In this document: positions 38,440 through 49,369 of the stretch, piece after piece
How positions within the stretch are numbered: the stretch's first letter is position 1
Layout of the letters: the number at the start of each line of letters is the position of its first letter
Source: Candidatus Doudnabacteria bacterium
GTDB taxonomy: Bacteria; Patescibacteriota; Doudnabacteria; UBA920
Assembly: GCA_003151625.1 (NCBI GenBank)
Contig: PLYC01000013.1
Coordinates: 29,210-93,209, forward strand
Length of the DNA stretch: 64,000 bases
Reading direction: 5' to 3'
Made by a program: the position numbers and the translations under genes
Notes under the pieces: model-generated
Seen by the model: only the letters and a program-made list of their open reading frames with translations
The model's database searches: none
Told to the model about the DNA's origin: nothing

Positions 38440-39999
38440 CTAACGGGCGTGTGCAAGCGAAAAGGTGCGTTTGAATTGCACCCGCACGTCCCAGAGCCGG
38501 TTGTGGCTTGGCTGGGGACGGCAAAGGTCGGTGTAGGGGTACACCGAGAACCATGACCAGGCACTCTCGGGTTTGCCTATAGTATCGCCGATATTGACAA
38601 TCGGGCCAACCATAAATTCAACCCAATGACCGCCTCCAGGGCCATTTATGTGCCAGTTTTCCATCTGCAGGGCGAGCCCCTGCAAAAACCGCGGCGTTCC
38701 CTTGGTTGGTCCGCGGATAGTTTGGATATGGCGATCTGCAAAACGGACTTTGGGGTCCGTGGGCGCCATCAGCTTTACCAAACTGGAAAATTGGAAGTAG
38801 CGTGTACGCCAGTTGCTGATGATAAGGGTAATTATCTGGTGGTTAAAGCCACCAAGATTACCCCTAGTGTCATAGTTGAACGCCGGACCGGCGGTTCCTG
38901 TAAGGTCGAACGACTTGCCGAAGCGGTGCGACCAGCCAAAGGTGGTGTTTCCGGTTGCCGTTGCGGCGTCCGATGTCTGCCGGCTCTGCTGGAGAACTGT
39001 AAATCCTGGAAAGGGAGTATCAAGGCCGGCGGTAAACACAAAAATCAGTTGCCTGTCGTGGCTGGCCGTGCCGGTTGCATCGCCGAACAGCCACACGGTC
39101 AGGGTGCTGGGTACAGCGGTTGGCTTTTTGACAGGGTTGCCCCCTTCCCCGCTTGCGAGCGGATCGGGAGCTTCCAATTCCAAAGCCTTTTCCTGTTGCT
39201 GGTCTGCCCGGCTGATTTTTAACAGTAGCTGTTGAGCGATTGCCGGACCGCCGCCGATTGTGGCAAAAGTAAAGCCGGCAAGCATTGTGGCAAAGCGGAT
39301 GGTTCGTCGCCCTACAAGCCGTTCAAATGTCCAGCCCGTAGAAAGTCCTCGCTCTATAACAAGGACAACTAATGCCAATAATGTTAGCAGGAGCGAACGG
39401 GTAATCCTGTACCGCCACGTTCCGATGACTTCCGCGCGGAACCCCTGTTCCCATTCAATCTTTACTTTCTTGGAGTCTTCAAGGGAAAGTTTTTCAATAA
39501 GTTGGCGGTTTTCGGGCGAAGTAAAGCGGTCGCGGAAATTCATTATCCGGATTTCCAGATTCTGCATTTCCGAAAAAATCGGCGCCGGGGCTTCGTCAAA
39601 TTCATACGTCAGCCCGCGGTCCTCCTCTTTGGAAATTGTCCGGAGCTGGATTTTGAACAGGCGGCTTTCCAGCGCAAAGCTGGCCTTAATTATTTCTTCG
39701 GCCGGAAGCTTTGACGCCCCAAGCGCTTGGCGTTCGCGTTCGATTTCCCGAATCAAGGAAACAGCTTCCATCTCGTGGATTTCTTCCCACGGATGGATAA
39801 CATGTTTCGTGATTTTCGGGTAGTTGTCATAGAAGCTGCTCCAAAGCCAGTAGTTGGGGTCTTTTAAAAACCAACTCCCGATTGCGCAAACAAATAACAA
39901 GAGCGCAAGCAGGCGCGGTTTTGTAACTTTTCGCATAGTTTTCCTCCTGTGCGATTTGTGTTTGCCATCTGAACAATTCTTTGATCTTTGCCCAAGCAA
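38440..39999 (-). CDS. large hypothetical membrane-anchored protein (GC-rich)
   Basis: 519-aa ORF; probable start MRKVTKP; GC-stem terminator right after the stop. Confidence 0.45.
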   Translation of the reverse strand: MLGQRSKNCSDGKHKSHRRKTMRKVTKPRLLALLLFVCAIGSWFLKDPNYWLWSSFYDNYPKITKHVIHPWEEIHEMEAVSLIREIERERQALGASKLPAEEIIKASFALESRLFKIQLRTISKEEDRGLTYEFDEAPAPIFSEMQNLEIRIMNFRDRFTSPENRQLIEKLSLEDSKKVKIEWEQGFRAEVIGTWRYRITRSLLLTLLALVVLVIERGLSTGWTFERLVGRRTIRFATMLAGFTFATIGGGPAIAQQLLLKISRADQQQEKALELEAPDPLASGEGGNPVKKPTAVPSTLTVWLFGDATGTASHDRQLIFVFTAGLDTPFPGFTVLQQSRQTSDAATATGNTTFGWSHRFGKSFDLTGTAGPAFNYDTRGNLGGFNHQIITLIISNWRTRYFQFSSLVKLMAPTDPKVRFADRHIQTIRGPTKGTPRFLQGLALQMENWHINGPGGGHWVEFMVGPIVNIGDTIGKPESAWSWFSVYPYTDLCRPQPSHNRLWDVRVQFKRTFSLAHAR

Positions 40000-40121
40000 A
40001 GACTAATGGCCGGGCGGTTGCCCTATGACGCTTAAAATAGGTTTTAGGCGCTAAGGAAAACCGGCGATTTTTGAACAATAACCCAAAATTATAGGAAAAT
40101 TTGAGGAAAATGTCAATTATT

Positions 40122-40145
40122 AAAAAATCCCCTAAAGGGGATTTT
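40122..40145. terminator. bidirectional hairpin terminator
   Basis: AAAATCCCCTAAAGGGGATTTT. Confidence 0.55.
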
Positions 40146-40195
40146 AGTGGAGTGCCCATACAACGAGGTGCGAACTGACTTTGTTCAAAACTGCT

Positions 40196-40500
40196 GACCT
40201 TGCCCAGGGCTGTTTTTTGATTTAATATGTAGGCATAAACTAGTTGAACAGCTAGTTGAATGCGGGTTCAACCAGTAAAGCTGTTAAAGCCCTTAATTCC
40301 ATTATCTTTGTCCTAACCCGCCATCCCTGACTATCACCACGATTTCCACTATACGACAAAGAAATAATAATACTAAAAACCAATAACTACTTACTAATAC
40401 TAATCAATACTTAATACTAAATACTATACTCTAATCTAACTTAAATACTACCAACTAACCTAAAACACTGAAACAAATGGGGAAATGGGGGGGGTGGAGA
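40196..40500. repeat. left terminal inverted repeat (~300 bp)
   Basis: About 90 percent identical to the reverse complement of 62440-62757; contains internal palindrome GTTGAAtgcgggTTCAAC, TACTAA-rich iterons and an inner poly-G. Confidence 0.7.
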
Positions 40501-40760
40501 ACAAAAGGCAAAAAAATCAGAAGTGTGGGGGCAAGAGAGGCAAAAATGTAACTAATAAGGCAAATCTTGTATACTTAACTTATATGAATCTTGTCTGGCT
40601 TTTCCTGATTTACATTTTAATAGGGCTGGTTATGGTGCTATGGGATTTCCGTCCTAATAATACTCTACACGACCCGCCACGCTTTATCCAAGACCGTAGC
40701 ATTAGCACGGCCACAATGTTTATATTGCTTTGGCCTTATAAGCTGTTAAGAAAGTTGTAA
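40485..40760 (+). CDS. small membrane protein
   Basis: 91-aa ORF starting in the poly-G at the TIR inner edge; one TM helix. Confidence 0.35.
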   Translation: MGGVENKRQKNQKCGGKRGKNVTNKANLVYLTYMNLVWLFLIYILIGLVMVLWDFRPNNTLHDPPRFIQDRSISTATMFILLWPYKLLRKL

Positions 40761-40860
40761 TTTCGTCCTATCCCCGGCTCTATAAATAGGAGCTGGGGGT
40801 TTTTGTTATTGAACCTAAAAAGTGTTAAAATAAAGGAAATCTTTAAATACTACTAATAAG

Positions 40861-43800
40861 ATGGCTTCCGATTCAACGTCAATAACAAATGAAGGTCAGA
40901 ACACGCTCTCGGCGGCGTTAAAGGATATTTTGCCAAATTGTGACAGAGTTGACGCGCTCGTCGGGTATTTTTATTTTTCTGGTTTTCGGGATCTGCATAA
41001 AGAACTTCAGAGCAAAAAGATCCGAATTCTCGTAGGTATGGATATAGATAGGAAAATGATAGAAAAGATTTCTACTTTGAAGGATGCCAATCTTGACTCT
41101 TATCTCACGGATTCAAAAATTTCGTCGCGGGCAGGCGTAAAAGAAAATTATTTTGAGATTTTTTCTCGTGTTTTTAACGATACTGATTATTTTGATGATA
41201 CAGAAGCCCAAGAAGCTTTTAAGAGTTTTTTGGAGAAAATCAAAGACGGAAGTTTGGAAATTAAGAAGTCGGCTAAAGCGAATCATTCGAAGTATTATAT
41301 CTTGCACAATAAACCAGAGCTTTCAGCGAATGGCAGAACGCCAGGCGTTATTGTCACAGGTTCGAGCAACCTAACACTATCAGGGCTTAAGGGGCAAGGA
41401 GAAAATAATATAATCTTGCAGGAAAAGCATTACTACGATGACCACTTCAAACGATTTGAGGAACAATGGAATGATCCAGAAAATATCGGGATTGCAGATA
41501 TAAATTCTGCTGATGAATTTATACAAGAAGTAAAACAGAGGGTTTGGCTTTATGCCCTACCGAAACCTCTCCATATGTTTTATAGGGTTCTTGATGAGTA
41601 TTTTTCAGTAGACGATGTGGAAGATAGAAAGTCACCAGAAGAAATTACTTCCGGTAAATTCTATAACTTAAAATATCAACGGGATGCAATAAATTTAGGA
41701 ATTGACAGAATTGAGAAATTCGGAGGAGTTATTATTGCGGATGTTGTAGGCCTAGGTAAAAGCATTGTCGCATCAGCCATTGCTCATAATCTTAATTTGC
41801 AGACAGTTATTATTGCCCCTCCACACCTTGAAAGTCAGTGGAAAGATTATATGTCTGATTTCGACTTCAAGGGTCAGGTGTATTCAACTGGAAAAATTAA
41901 AGAAGCACTTGAGCGACACGGAAGCGAGGGTGGAAAGTTATTGATAATTTTAGATGAAGCTCACAAGCATAGAAACGAAGATACTGATAATTATATTCTG
42001 CTTCATAAACTTTGCGCGGGCAATCGAGTTATGGCTCTTTCCGCTACTCCTTTTAACAATGACCCAAGGGACATTTATGCCCTTATAAAATTGTTCAGCA
42101 CTCCCGGTCAATCCACTTTAAAAACTGTGGAAAATTTAAGTATGTCATTTCATCAGCTTTTCAAAAGTTATCGTGCGTTAAGAAGGAGTATGCGCCAGAG
42201 CGGGAAGAAGCAAGATGAAAGCGGTGTTGAGGAAATAACCAAGCGCAGTCAAGAAATCGCAAATGAATTACGGAAGATGATTGAACCACTGGTCATTCGC
42301 CGTTCAAGGTTGGATTTGGACGAGATTGAGGTTTATAGAAAAGATTTGAAAGAGCAAAATATTTCGTTTCCAAAAGTTAAAGACCCGGAATTACTTGAAT
42401 ATAAACTAGGCGAAATATCTGATCTGTATATAAGTACGTTAGAAAAAATTGCATCTGATGAGGAGCGAGCAAGTTTTCTCGGCACAAGATATAAATCTGC
42501 TAATTATATTCGACCGGGTTCGGATTTCTTTACGAAACTCATTGAGCAGGAAGAAACAACTGATGGCGAGTCACCCCAAGAGACTATTCAAAGAATGCAG
42601 CAGGCGCAAGTTAACATAGCCAAATTTATGCGGCGTCTACTAGTGAGGAGATTTGAAAGTTCCATAGCCTCTTTCAAAATCTCACTAAATAACATGATCA
42701 CCTCGTCCGAGCTTATGTTGGACTGGTATCTAAATCGCGGCGAAGTGCCAATCTATAAAAAAGGAGATCTTCCTGACACTACCGATCTTGAAGATATGGA
42801 GCCATCTGAAGCAGAAGCGGCGCTTAATAAGCTAGAGGGCAAAGGACTTATCCTTATTCCAAAAGCTGAAATTGATCCACGTTTTGAAGAACACCTGCGA
42901 CACGATATAGAGTTACTAAAAGGTATTTTGGCAAATTGGGATGGTGTAACAGCAGACCCAAAGTATGAATTCTTTGTTAAGAAAGTTACAGAATCTCTAG
43001 CGAAAGAAAATAAACGAAAGCTTGTTGTATTTACCGAATTTTCGGATACTGCGGATTATATATATGAAAAATTAAAGGCTGATGGTTTGCAACGAATTTT
43101 TAAATACACCTCGGGCGATGCTTCGGAAGCAAACAGAAAAACAATTAAAGCCAACTTTGACGCAAGTTTAGATTTATCAAAACAATCTAATGATTTTGAT
43201 ATTATAGTAGCAACGGATGCAATTTCTGAAGGGTTTAATTTGCATCGAGCAGGGACGGTTATAAATTATGATATTCCCTATAATCCTACACGAGTAATTC
43301 AGCGTGTCGGGCGCATTAATCGTATTAGTCAAAAAGTATTTGACGAACTTTTCATTTGGAACTTCTTCCCTACTCCGACGGGAGAATTTGAGACACATAC
43401 ACGGGCTATTTCTACATTAAAAATGAATATGATTCATTCGCTCCTTGGTGAAGATACGAGGATATTTACTAGCGACGAGGAGTTGAAAAATTATTTTGCA
43501 AAACAGTATACGGAAGAAAATAAAAAATTTGATGGGTCCTCATGGGATGCAAAATACAGGAATATCTGGCTGAATATAAAAGGCAATAAAAAAGTTATGG
43601 ACGAAATTGCCAAGATACCGCGTCGGTCGAGAATTGCTAGGAAATCATTAAAAAATGGTGTTGTCGCATTCGCAAAGAACGGCGGTAGTTATGTTTTCGC
43701 TTATGGAAACACAGCAGAAGATGTGATGGTTATTTCTCCCGAAATTGCCCTACCATTATTTGAAGCTAGTGAGGTCGACAAAGCAGAGGAAACGACAACC

Positions 43801-44163
43801 AGCTTTGAGCCAATATACCAGGTCGCTAAAGATCATATATTTAAGAATAATACTCACGCTTCTGTTACCGGCGGGCGTAAACAAGATGCGCTAGGTAAAT
43901 TAAAAGTGTTATCTGAAATGTATCAACCTGCAAAAGATTTATGTTTAGATGCTATCAAAACCATAAAAGACTTGGATGCTCTTCCGAACGGTATTCTAAA
44001 AGAAATCGCGGAATTATATTTAGATAAGGCAAACCTTGCCAAATCCTATACTATTCTCAAAGAGATGCTACCGCCAAAGTACCTTGAGGATATTTTTACA
44101 ACAGCGAAAAGAGCCGAGGAAACGGCTCGGCTGATTGTGTTGTCTGAAGAGTTAATTGCATGA
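40861..44163 (+). CDS. PLD-like nuclease domain fused to SNF2-family helicase
   Basis: N-terminal HKD-like motif NHSKYYILHN...VIVTGSSNLTLSG; helicase motifs I GLGKS, II ILDEAHKHRN, III LSATPFNN and VI QRVGRINRISQ; ATGA overlap with the next gene. Confidence 0.8.
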   Translation: MASDSTSITNEGQNTLSAALKDILPNCDRVDALVGYFYFSGFRDLHKELQSKKIRILVGMDIDRKMIEKISTLKDANLDSYLTDSKISSRAGVKENYFEIFSRVFNDTDYFDDTEAQEAFKSFLEKIKDGSLEIKKSAKANHSKYYILHNKPELSANGRTPGVIVTGSSNLTLSGLKGQGENNIILQEKHYYDDHFKRFEEQWNDPENIGIADINSADEFIQEVKQRVWLYALPKPLHMFYRVLDEYFSVDDVEDRKSPEEITSGKFYNLKYQRDAINLGIDRIEKFGGVIIADVVGLGKSIVASAIAHNLNLQTVIIAPPHLESQWKDYMSDFDFKGQVYSTGKIKEALERHGSEGGKLLIILDEAHKHRNEDTDNYILLHKLCAGNRVMALSATPFNNDPRDIYALIKLFSTPGQSTLKTVENLSMSFHQLFKSYRALRRSMRQSGKKQDESGVEEITKRSQEIANELRKMIEPLVIRRSRLDLDEIEVYRKDLKEQNISFPKVKDPELLEYKLGEISDLYISTLEKIASDEERASFLGTRYKSANYIRPGSDFFTKLIEQEETTDGESPQETIQRMQQAQVNIAKFMRRLLVRRFESSIASFKISLNNMITSSELMLDWYLNRGEVPIYKKGDLPDTTDLEDMEPSEAEAALNKLEGKGLILIPKAEIDPRFEEHLRHDIELLKGILANWDGVTADPKYEFFVKKVTESLAKENKRKLVVFTEFSDTADYIYEKLKADGLQRIFKYTSGDASEANRKTIKANFDASLDLSKQSNDFDIIVATDAISEGFNLHRAGTVINYDIPYNPTRVIQRVGRINRISQKVFDELFIWNFFPTPTGEFETHTRAISTLKMNMIHSLLGEDTRIFTSDEELKNYFAKQYTEENKKFDGSSWDAKYRNIWLNIKGNKKVMDEIAKIPRRSRIARKSLKNGVVAFAKNGGSYVFAYGNTAEDVMVISPEIALPLFEASEVDKAEETTTSFEPIYQVAKDHIFKNNTHASVTGGRKQDALGKLKVLSEMYQPAKDLCLDAIKTIKDLDALPNGILKEIAELYLDKANLAKSYTILKEMLPPKYLEDIFTTAKRAEETARLIVLSEELIA

Positions 44164-47100
44164 TGAAATTTAATGAAAAATATAACCATGAGAGCTTCCT
44201 TGATTTTTTGAACAATTTTCTCCCTGAAGATTTTTTAGAAAAAGAAGAAGACATTGTTATAAACAAAGAAAGATATAAGGAAATAGCCAAAGCTAAAATA
44301 TTGGGTTTTTCAGAGTGTTTAGATTTATATGTTTTAGAAATGGATCACTCCCGGGAAAATGATCCCAGAATTGCTATTGCAACGGACGCTTTTAAAATAC
44401 TTGCTGACCATTGGATACACAGAGCCCTTGTAGTATTTAAAAATAAAGAATCAGAGAATTATAGACTTTCCTATTTAACCATTTCTCTCGATTTAAATGA
44501 TAAAAATAAAGCTGTAAAAAGATACTCAAATGCTCGTAGATACTCTTTTTATCTTGGCCCTAATGCTAAAATAAACACCCCGACGAAGTTTCTTATTAGC
44601 AAAGGTAAAGTTACTGACTTTGACGATCTGAAAAGTAGATTTTCTATTGAGGTTGTTAATAAAGAATTTTACAAAGAAATATCCCAAGCATTTACTAAAC
44701 TTATTGATGGATTACTTAAGCTCCCTTCGAATGAAGATAAAAATCAGACTAGCATAGAATTTGCGGTTCGTTTAATTGGCAGGATCATCTTTTGCTGGTT
44801 CTTACGCGAAAAAAAAAGCCAAACTGGGTCAGCTTTGATGCCGAAAGAACTATTGTCTCTGTCTGCTGTCCAGGAAAACAGCGACTATTATCACAGGATT
44901 CTTGAACCTATTTTTTTTGAAGTTCTCAATAAGCCTGTTAAATCCAGAATAGATGGTTTTGCCAAGGAGCCTTTTTCCTATGTGCCTTATTTGAATGGTG
45001 GTTTATTTTCACCTCAAGATAACGATTATTACAAACGCATTAATAGCGCTTTTCAATCGCAATATCAAAATAATTTAGTAATTCCTGACGATTGGCTTAA
45101 AGACTTTTTTGAAATCCTTGAGACTTATAATTTCACAATAGACGAAAATACTAGCTTTGATGAAGAACTTTCCATCGATCCGGAGATGCTTGGAAGAATT
45201 TTTGAAAACCTTCTTGCAGAAATAAACCCGGAAACAGGAGAATCTGCGCGTCAAAGTACGGGTAGTTTCTATACACCGAGGACAATTGTAGATTATATGA
45301 TTGACGAAAGTTTGATGCTGTACCTAAAAAATCTAACACAGATTGAAGATAAAAAGCTAAAAGCTATTGTAAGTTATGATTTGAATGATGATGCGGCTAA
45401 TCCACTCAATCTTGATGAGAAGCAAAAAATTGTTGATGCCCTCGAGAGAGTAAAGATACTTGATCCAGCTTGTGGTTCGGGAGCTTTTCCCATAGGTGCT
45501 CTTCAAAAAATAGTTTTCATTCTCCAGCAGGTAGATCCTGATGGGCAAATGTGGTTTACAAAACAAATTCAGAATACATCCCCAGAAATAAAAAGGGTAA
45601 TAGAGCGCGAATTTGCTCATAAGAATTTTGATTATATTAGAAAACTTGGAATTATAAGAGAAAATATCTACGGTATTGATATTCAGTCAATCGCTATAGA
45701 GATATCTCGGCTAAGATGTTTTTTAACCTTAGTTGTCGACGAACGTATACAGGAGGACTTAGATAATAGAGGAATTGAGCCTTTACCAAATTTGGATTTT
45801 AAGTTTGTGGTCTCTAATACTCTTTTTGGTCTTCCAGGATCAGAGTCCTTAAGTCAATCTGAACTGTTCGAAGATGATGCTGGAATACAAGAATTAAAAG
45901 GGCTTAGGGACTTGTTCTTTAATGCTTCTGGGGTTGAACGAGATCAATTACAGCTTAAATTTGTCCAAGCTCAAAATAGAATGTTTCAACGTCTTATTAG
46001 TGAAGGCAGGAGGGGTTTGGGTCAATTAACCACTCAATTAACCACATGGGATCCATTTAGTCACAATCTTTCATCGTGGTTTGATTCTGAATGGATGTTC
46101 GGGATAAAGGACGGCTTTGATATTGTGATTGCTAACCCACCCTACGTATCGACAAAAGGAGTTGAAGAAAATTCAAAAGAACAACTTGAAAATAAATATG
46201 GTTTTGCAGATGACCTGTATTCCCATTTTTATTTTAGAGGTTTTGAACTATGCAAAGGCGGAGGCTTTCTTTCTTATATAACTAGTAAGACCTTCTGGGT
46301 CATTCAAACAAAAAAGAACCTTCGTGAATTATTGCTTAAAAATAATATTATTGATATTTATGATACCGCTAATCCGTTTGAAAGTGTGATGGTAGATACT
46401 TGTGTAGTTCTGGCTCAGAAAGAGAATAGGCAGGAAAATAAAATTAACTTCTTGAAAGCAGATAATGATTATTCGAATCCGATTCGGCTGGAAGTAGATA
46501 AGTCAATTTATGAAAATGCTGTAAATACAGTTATTTTTAGTCCGTCTCATGAAAATCTTGTGATATATCATAAATACAATACTGCAGTGAGTGAACTGAT
46601 GAAAAAATGGTGGCCATTAATCAATACGAGTAAAAATATTACAAAATATGGCACACAGCTAACAAAATACAGAGATAATTTAAAATCAGGAGAGGTTACA
46701 CTTTTAGGGTTAATTACAGATGGTGGACAAGGTCTCGCAACTGCAAACAATGGTAAATATGTTGGCGTGCTTTCCAGCACAAAGGAAGCAGTAAAAATAG
46801 AGGAAGCACGTATTAAGAAGTTTTTTGAATTTGTTACTCAGCGAACAATTAGTGAATATGGAACTAGTAAAGAATCTATTCGGGCAAATTTAAATAAATT
46901 ATCAGAGCAACAACTTCGGGCACTTTTTGATACATTGAAAGATAAATATGGGCAAGATCTTTTCGGAAAAGGATTCCTGTACCGCATCGTTGATTCTAGA
47001 GAGATAAAGAATATAGATAAAATGACTGACAATGAAAAAGAAGACGGCCTAGTTGGTGATCAATCATTTGTACCGTATGATAAAGGAGACAAGGAAGGCA

Positions 47101-47666
47101 ATCGATGGTATGTCCGTACGCCATATTATATTGATTGGAATAAGGTTAATGTAAGTTTTTTAAAAGAAAATACTGGTAAGAAAGGTAAAAATATGCCTGT
47201 TTTTCGAAATCCACAATTTTATTTTAAGGATGGATTCTCGTGGAATCTTATTAACGGGACCAGAACGACTAATGAACTTAAATTTACAATTACGGCACCT
47301 GCCGTAAATGATATGGCCTCGAATAAATTAACTTCCTTACTAGATAATGTATCTAACAAATACATCGCCACTGTTTGTAATTCTAGGTTTATAAACACAT
47401 ACACCGAAAATTTTATAAATTTTACATTAAATTTTCCTCATAATAGCACTCGTCAGGTACCCATAATTATTCCTACTGAAAAACAACTTGTCGACTTTGA
47501 AGATCTGTTTGACCGTGCCTATGCTATAAAAGTTAACCAGTTCGACGGAAAAATTACCGAGACTGCCGCAGGTCTAAAACTTCAAGAAATCCAAGAAGAA
47601 TTAGATGAAAAAGTGTTAAAACTTTATGGCCTCACGTCCGAGGAGGTAGAGATTGTAAAAAATTAA
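44160..47666 (+). CDS. N6-adenine DNA methyltransferase, Eco57I/PglX-like (1168 aa)
   Basis: Motif I LDPACGSGAF; motif IV IANPPYVS; large N- and C-terminal extensions. Confidence 0.8.
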   Translation: MMKFNEKYNHESFLDFLNNFLPEDFLEKEEDIVINKERYKEIAKAKILGFSECLDLYVLEMDHSRENDPRIAIATDAFKILADHWIHRALVVFKNKESENYRLSYLTISLDLNDKNKAVKRYSNARRYSFYLGPNAKINTPTKFLISKGKVTDFDDLKSRFSIEVVNKEFYKEISQAFTKLIDGLLKLPSNEDKNQTSIEFAVRLIGRIIFCWFLREKKSQTGSALMPKELLSLSAVQENSDYYHRILEPIFFEVLNKPVKSRIDGFAKEPFSYVPYLNGGLFSPQDNDYYKRINSAFQSQYQNNLVIPDDWLKDFFEILETYNFTIDENTSFDEELSIDPEMLGRIFENLLAEINPETGESARQSTGSFYTPRTIVDYMIDESLMLYLKNLTQIEDKKLKAIVSYDLNDDAANPLNLDEKQKIVDALERVKILDPACGSGAFPIGALQKIVFILQQVDPDGQMWFTKQIQNTSPEIKRVIEREFAHKNFDYIRKLGIIRENIYGIDIQSIAIEISRLRCFLTLVVDERIQEDLDNRGIEPLPNLDFKFVVSNTLFGLPGSESLSQSELFEDDAGIQELKGLRDLFFNASGVERDQLQLKFVQAQNRMFQRLISEGRRGLGQLTTQLTTWDPFSHNLSSWFDSEWMFGIKDGFDIVIANPPYVSTKGVEENSKEQLENKYGFADDLYSHFYFRGFELCKGGGFLSYITSKTFWVIQTKKNLRELLLKNNIIDIYDTANPFESVMVDTCVVLAQKENRQENKINFLKADNDYSNPIRLEVDKSIYENAVNTVIFSPSHENLVIYHKYNTAVSELMKKWWPLINTSKNITKYGTQLTKYRDNLKSGEVTLLGLITDGGQGLATANNGKYVGVLSSTKEAVKIEEARIKKFFEFVTQRTISEYGTSKESIRANLNKLSEQQLRALFDTLKDKYGQDLFGKGFLYRIVDSREIKNIDKMTDNEKEDGLVGDQSFVPYDKGDKEGNRWYVRTPYYIDWNKVNVSFLKENTGKKGKNMPVFRNPQFYFKDGFSWNLINGTRTTNELKFTITAPAVNDMASNKLTSLLDNVSNKYIATVCNSRFINTYTENFINFTLNFPHNSTRQVPIIIPTEKQLVDFEDLFDRAYAIKVNQFDGKITETAAGLKLQEIQEELDEKVLKLYGLTSEEVEIVKN

Positions 47667-48968
47667 ATGACCCAAGGATACGTACTTAAAATCCCATTCG
47701 GCAGGCGTGCTATTTTTGCAGATAATATCGACGGTCAATTCGCTCAGCCCGTTCCAAGTTTTTCCCATGGCCGTGGCTCACCACTTGTGGTTTTTATCTC
47801 TGCAGAAGAAGGATGTATCACTCATTTAGCAACGGGGCGTCCGGGCGTAAACGCGGGGACTGATCTACGAAGATTAAACTTAGAAGAAATTCATGTCCCA
47901 CAAACACCTTTACGATTTGCAGATATCTTAGAATATGTTCCTGCCAACGTACGGCGACATATTGCTAGTGTATTTGAACGCGGTGGAGTCTTACCGCCAG
48001 GAAGCTTTACTGGAGTAGTGGGCGCTATTCACGAACTAGACCCAAATATTAGTCCATTACTAACGCGATATGGGGTAGGGCGTGCAGAGGCAATTGCAAA
48101 TTTACCTTTACGTGCTCGTGAGTCGTTAGCCGCACAAAAAGAAGCCGTGAATACGGCTCTGGGTTTAGCTAACTTTGATCGGAAGCCTCTACTTGAGTGG
48201 ACTCCTAGTCCAACCGAGCAACGCACTTCATTTCTTGATGGATTGCCACAAGCATACTTACGAGAAGATCTCATGATTTTAAATGACCTGAATCATATTC
48301 CTGGGTTAAACCATATTAGGTCTTCAATTACCAGCACTGCACGTTTTGAGGGGCAAGGTGTAAGGTTGGATGTTATTTTGGCGAACCGCATGCGCCTAGA
48401 AGAACAAACAGGTGCAGACCTTATTTATTATAATGCAACATATCAGTCATTTGTTATGGTTCAATATAAGGCCATGGAGCAGGTTGAGAACGAGCATGGT
48501 CCCTCGTTTAGGCTTCCTAATTCTCAGCTGAACGCTGAAATTTTTCAAATGGATCGATTGATTGAGCAATTGAGGCCAGCCTCGCCCCCGTCTAACCGTG
48601 ATGAGTATCGTTTTACTGAAAACCCTTTTTTTATAAAGTTGTGCCCTAGAATTATATTAGATCCAGATAATGTTGATCTAACACCAGGTATGTATTTCTC
48701 GCGAGATCATTGGCGCTTTCTTGAGGTTGATACTGATTTAGTTGGTCCTCGTGGTGGTCACAAAATTACCTATCAAAATATGCGGAGGTACCTCAATAAC
48801 ACACAGTTTGCTGACCTCGTGCAAAATGCTTGGGTTGGAACGACACCCGCGCAGAGCTCCATGCTGGAGGCAATCATCTCAGAAATCCTTCAAGAGGGAA
48901 AAGCAGTAATTATTGCCATAAAATCAAAAATCGAAATACAACTCACAGAAACAGAAGATAATTTATAA
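47667..48968 (+). CDS. hypothetical protein (433 aa), third gene of operon
   Basis: Start ATG directly follows the methyltransferase TAA; possible D...QxK segment GADLIYYN...FVMVQYK; no confident family. Confidence 0.5.
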   Translation: MTQGYVLKIPFGRRAIFADNIDGQFAQPVPSFSHGRGSPLVVFISAEEGCITHLATGRPGVNAGTDLRRLNLEEIHVPQTPLRFADILEYVPANVRRHIASVFERGGVLPPGSFTGVVGAIHELDPNISPLLTRYGVGRAEAIANLPLRARESLAAQKEAVNTALGLANFDRKPLLEWTPSPTEQRTSFLDGLPQAYLREDLMILNDLNHIPGLNHIRSSITSTARFEGQGVRLDVILANRMRLEEQTGADLIYYNATYQSFVMVQYKAMEQVENEHGPSFRLPNSQLNAEIFQMDRLIEQLRPASPPSNRDEYRFTENPFFIKLCPRIILDPDNVDLTPGMYFSRDHWRFLEVDTDLVGPRGGHKITYQNMRRYLNNTQFADLVQNAWVGTTPAQSSMLEAIISEILQEGKAVIIAIKSKIEIQLTETEDNL

Positions 48969-49086
48969 ACTGTACAGTCTAGCAGGTTAAGAAAGAAGCC
49001 TAAAGGCGCTAGGCATTTAGGTTTCTTTTCGGCTCCACACTATTCATTTTTCGATATTAAATAGGGTTATTATAGTTATATAAAAT

Positions 49087-49120
49087 AAAAGACCGTGGCT
49101 ATTTTGGCCACGGTCTTTTT
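49087..49120. terminator. bidirectional hairpin terminator
   Basis: AAAAGACCGTGGC tatttt GCCACGGTCTTTTT. Confidence 0.65.
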
Positions 49121-49168
49121 AAGACTTTGATTCCATTTTAATTTATGTTTATTTCTTTTTGCAACCAA

Positions 49169-49369
49169 CTATTTCTGCCTGTTATAAGGTGACTGATTTG
49201 TTGGGTGAAGCGAGAAACCCAATTCAGAAGCTTTGGAATATACTGCTTCCGGCGTGCGCCCTAGTTTTAGAGCAATAACCCTTGTTGGTGTGTTCTCTTT
49301 TGCCATAGTTTTTAAGTTTCTCTCGTCTTGTTGTTCCCATTGCTTTCCAAAATTTTTTGGCCAAGTCAT
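49169..49369 (-). CDS. small putative HTH regulator, divergent from LexA-like gene
   Basis: 66 aa; TRVIALKLGRTPEAVYSKASELG HTH-like segment. Confidence 0.4.
   Translation of the reverse strand: MTWPKNFGKQWEQQDERNLKTMAKENTPTRVIALKLGRTPEAVYSKASELGFSLHPTNQSPYNRQK

Noticed and set aside
40861-48968. Calling the helicase/methyltransferase operon DISARM or BREX
   Set aside because: DrmA and DrmB (for DISARM) and BrxC and PglZ (for BREX) are absent; only the SNF2, PLD and m6A-methyltransferase parts are present, so a named-system call would over-interpret.
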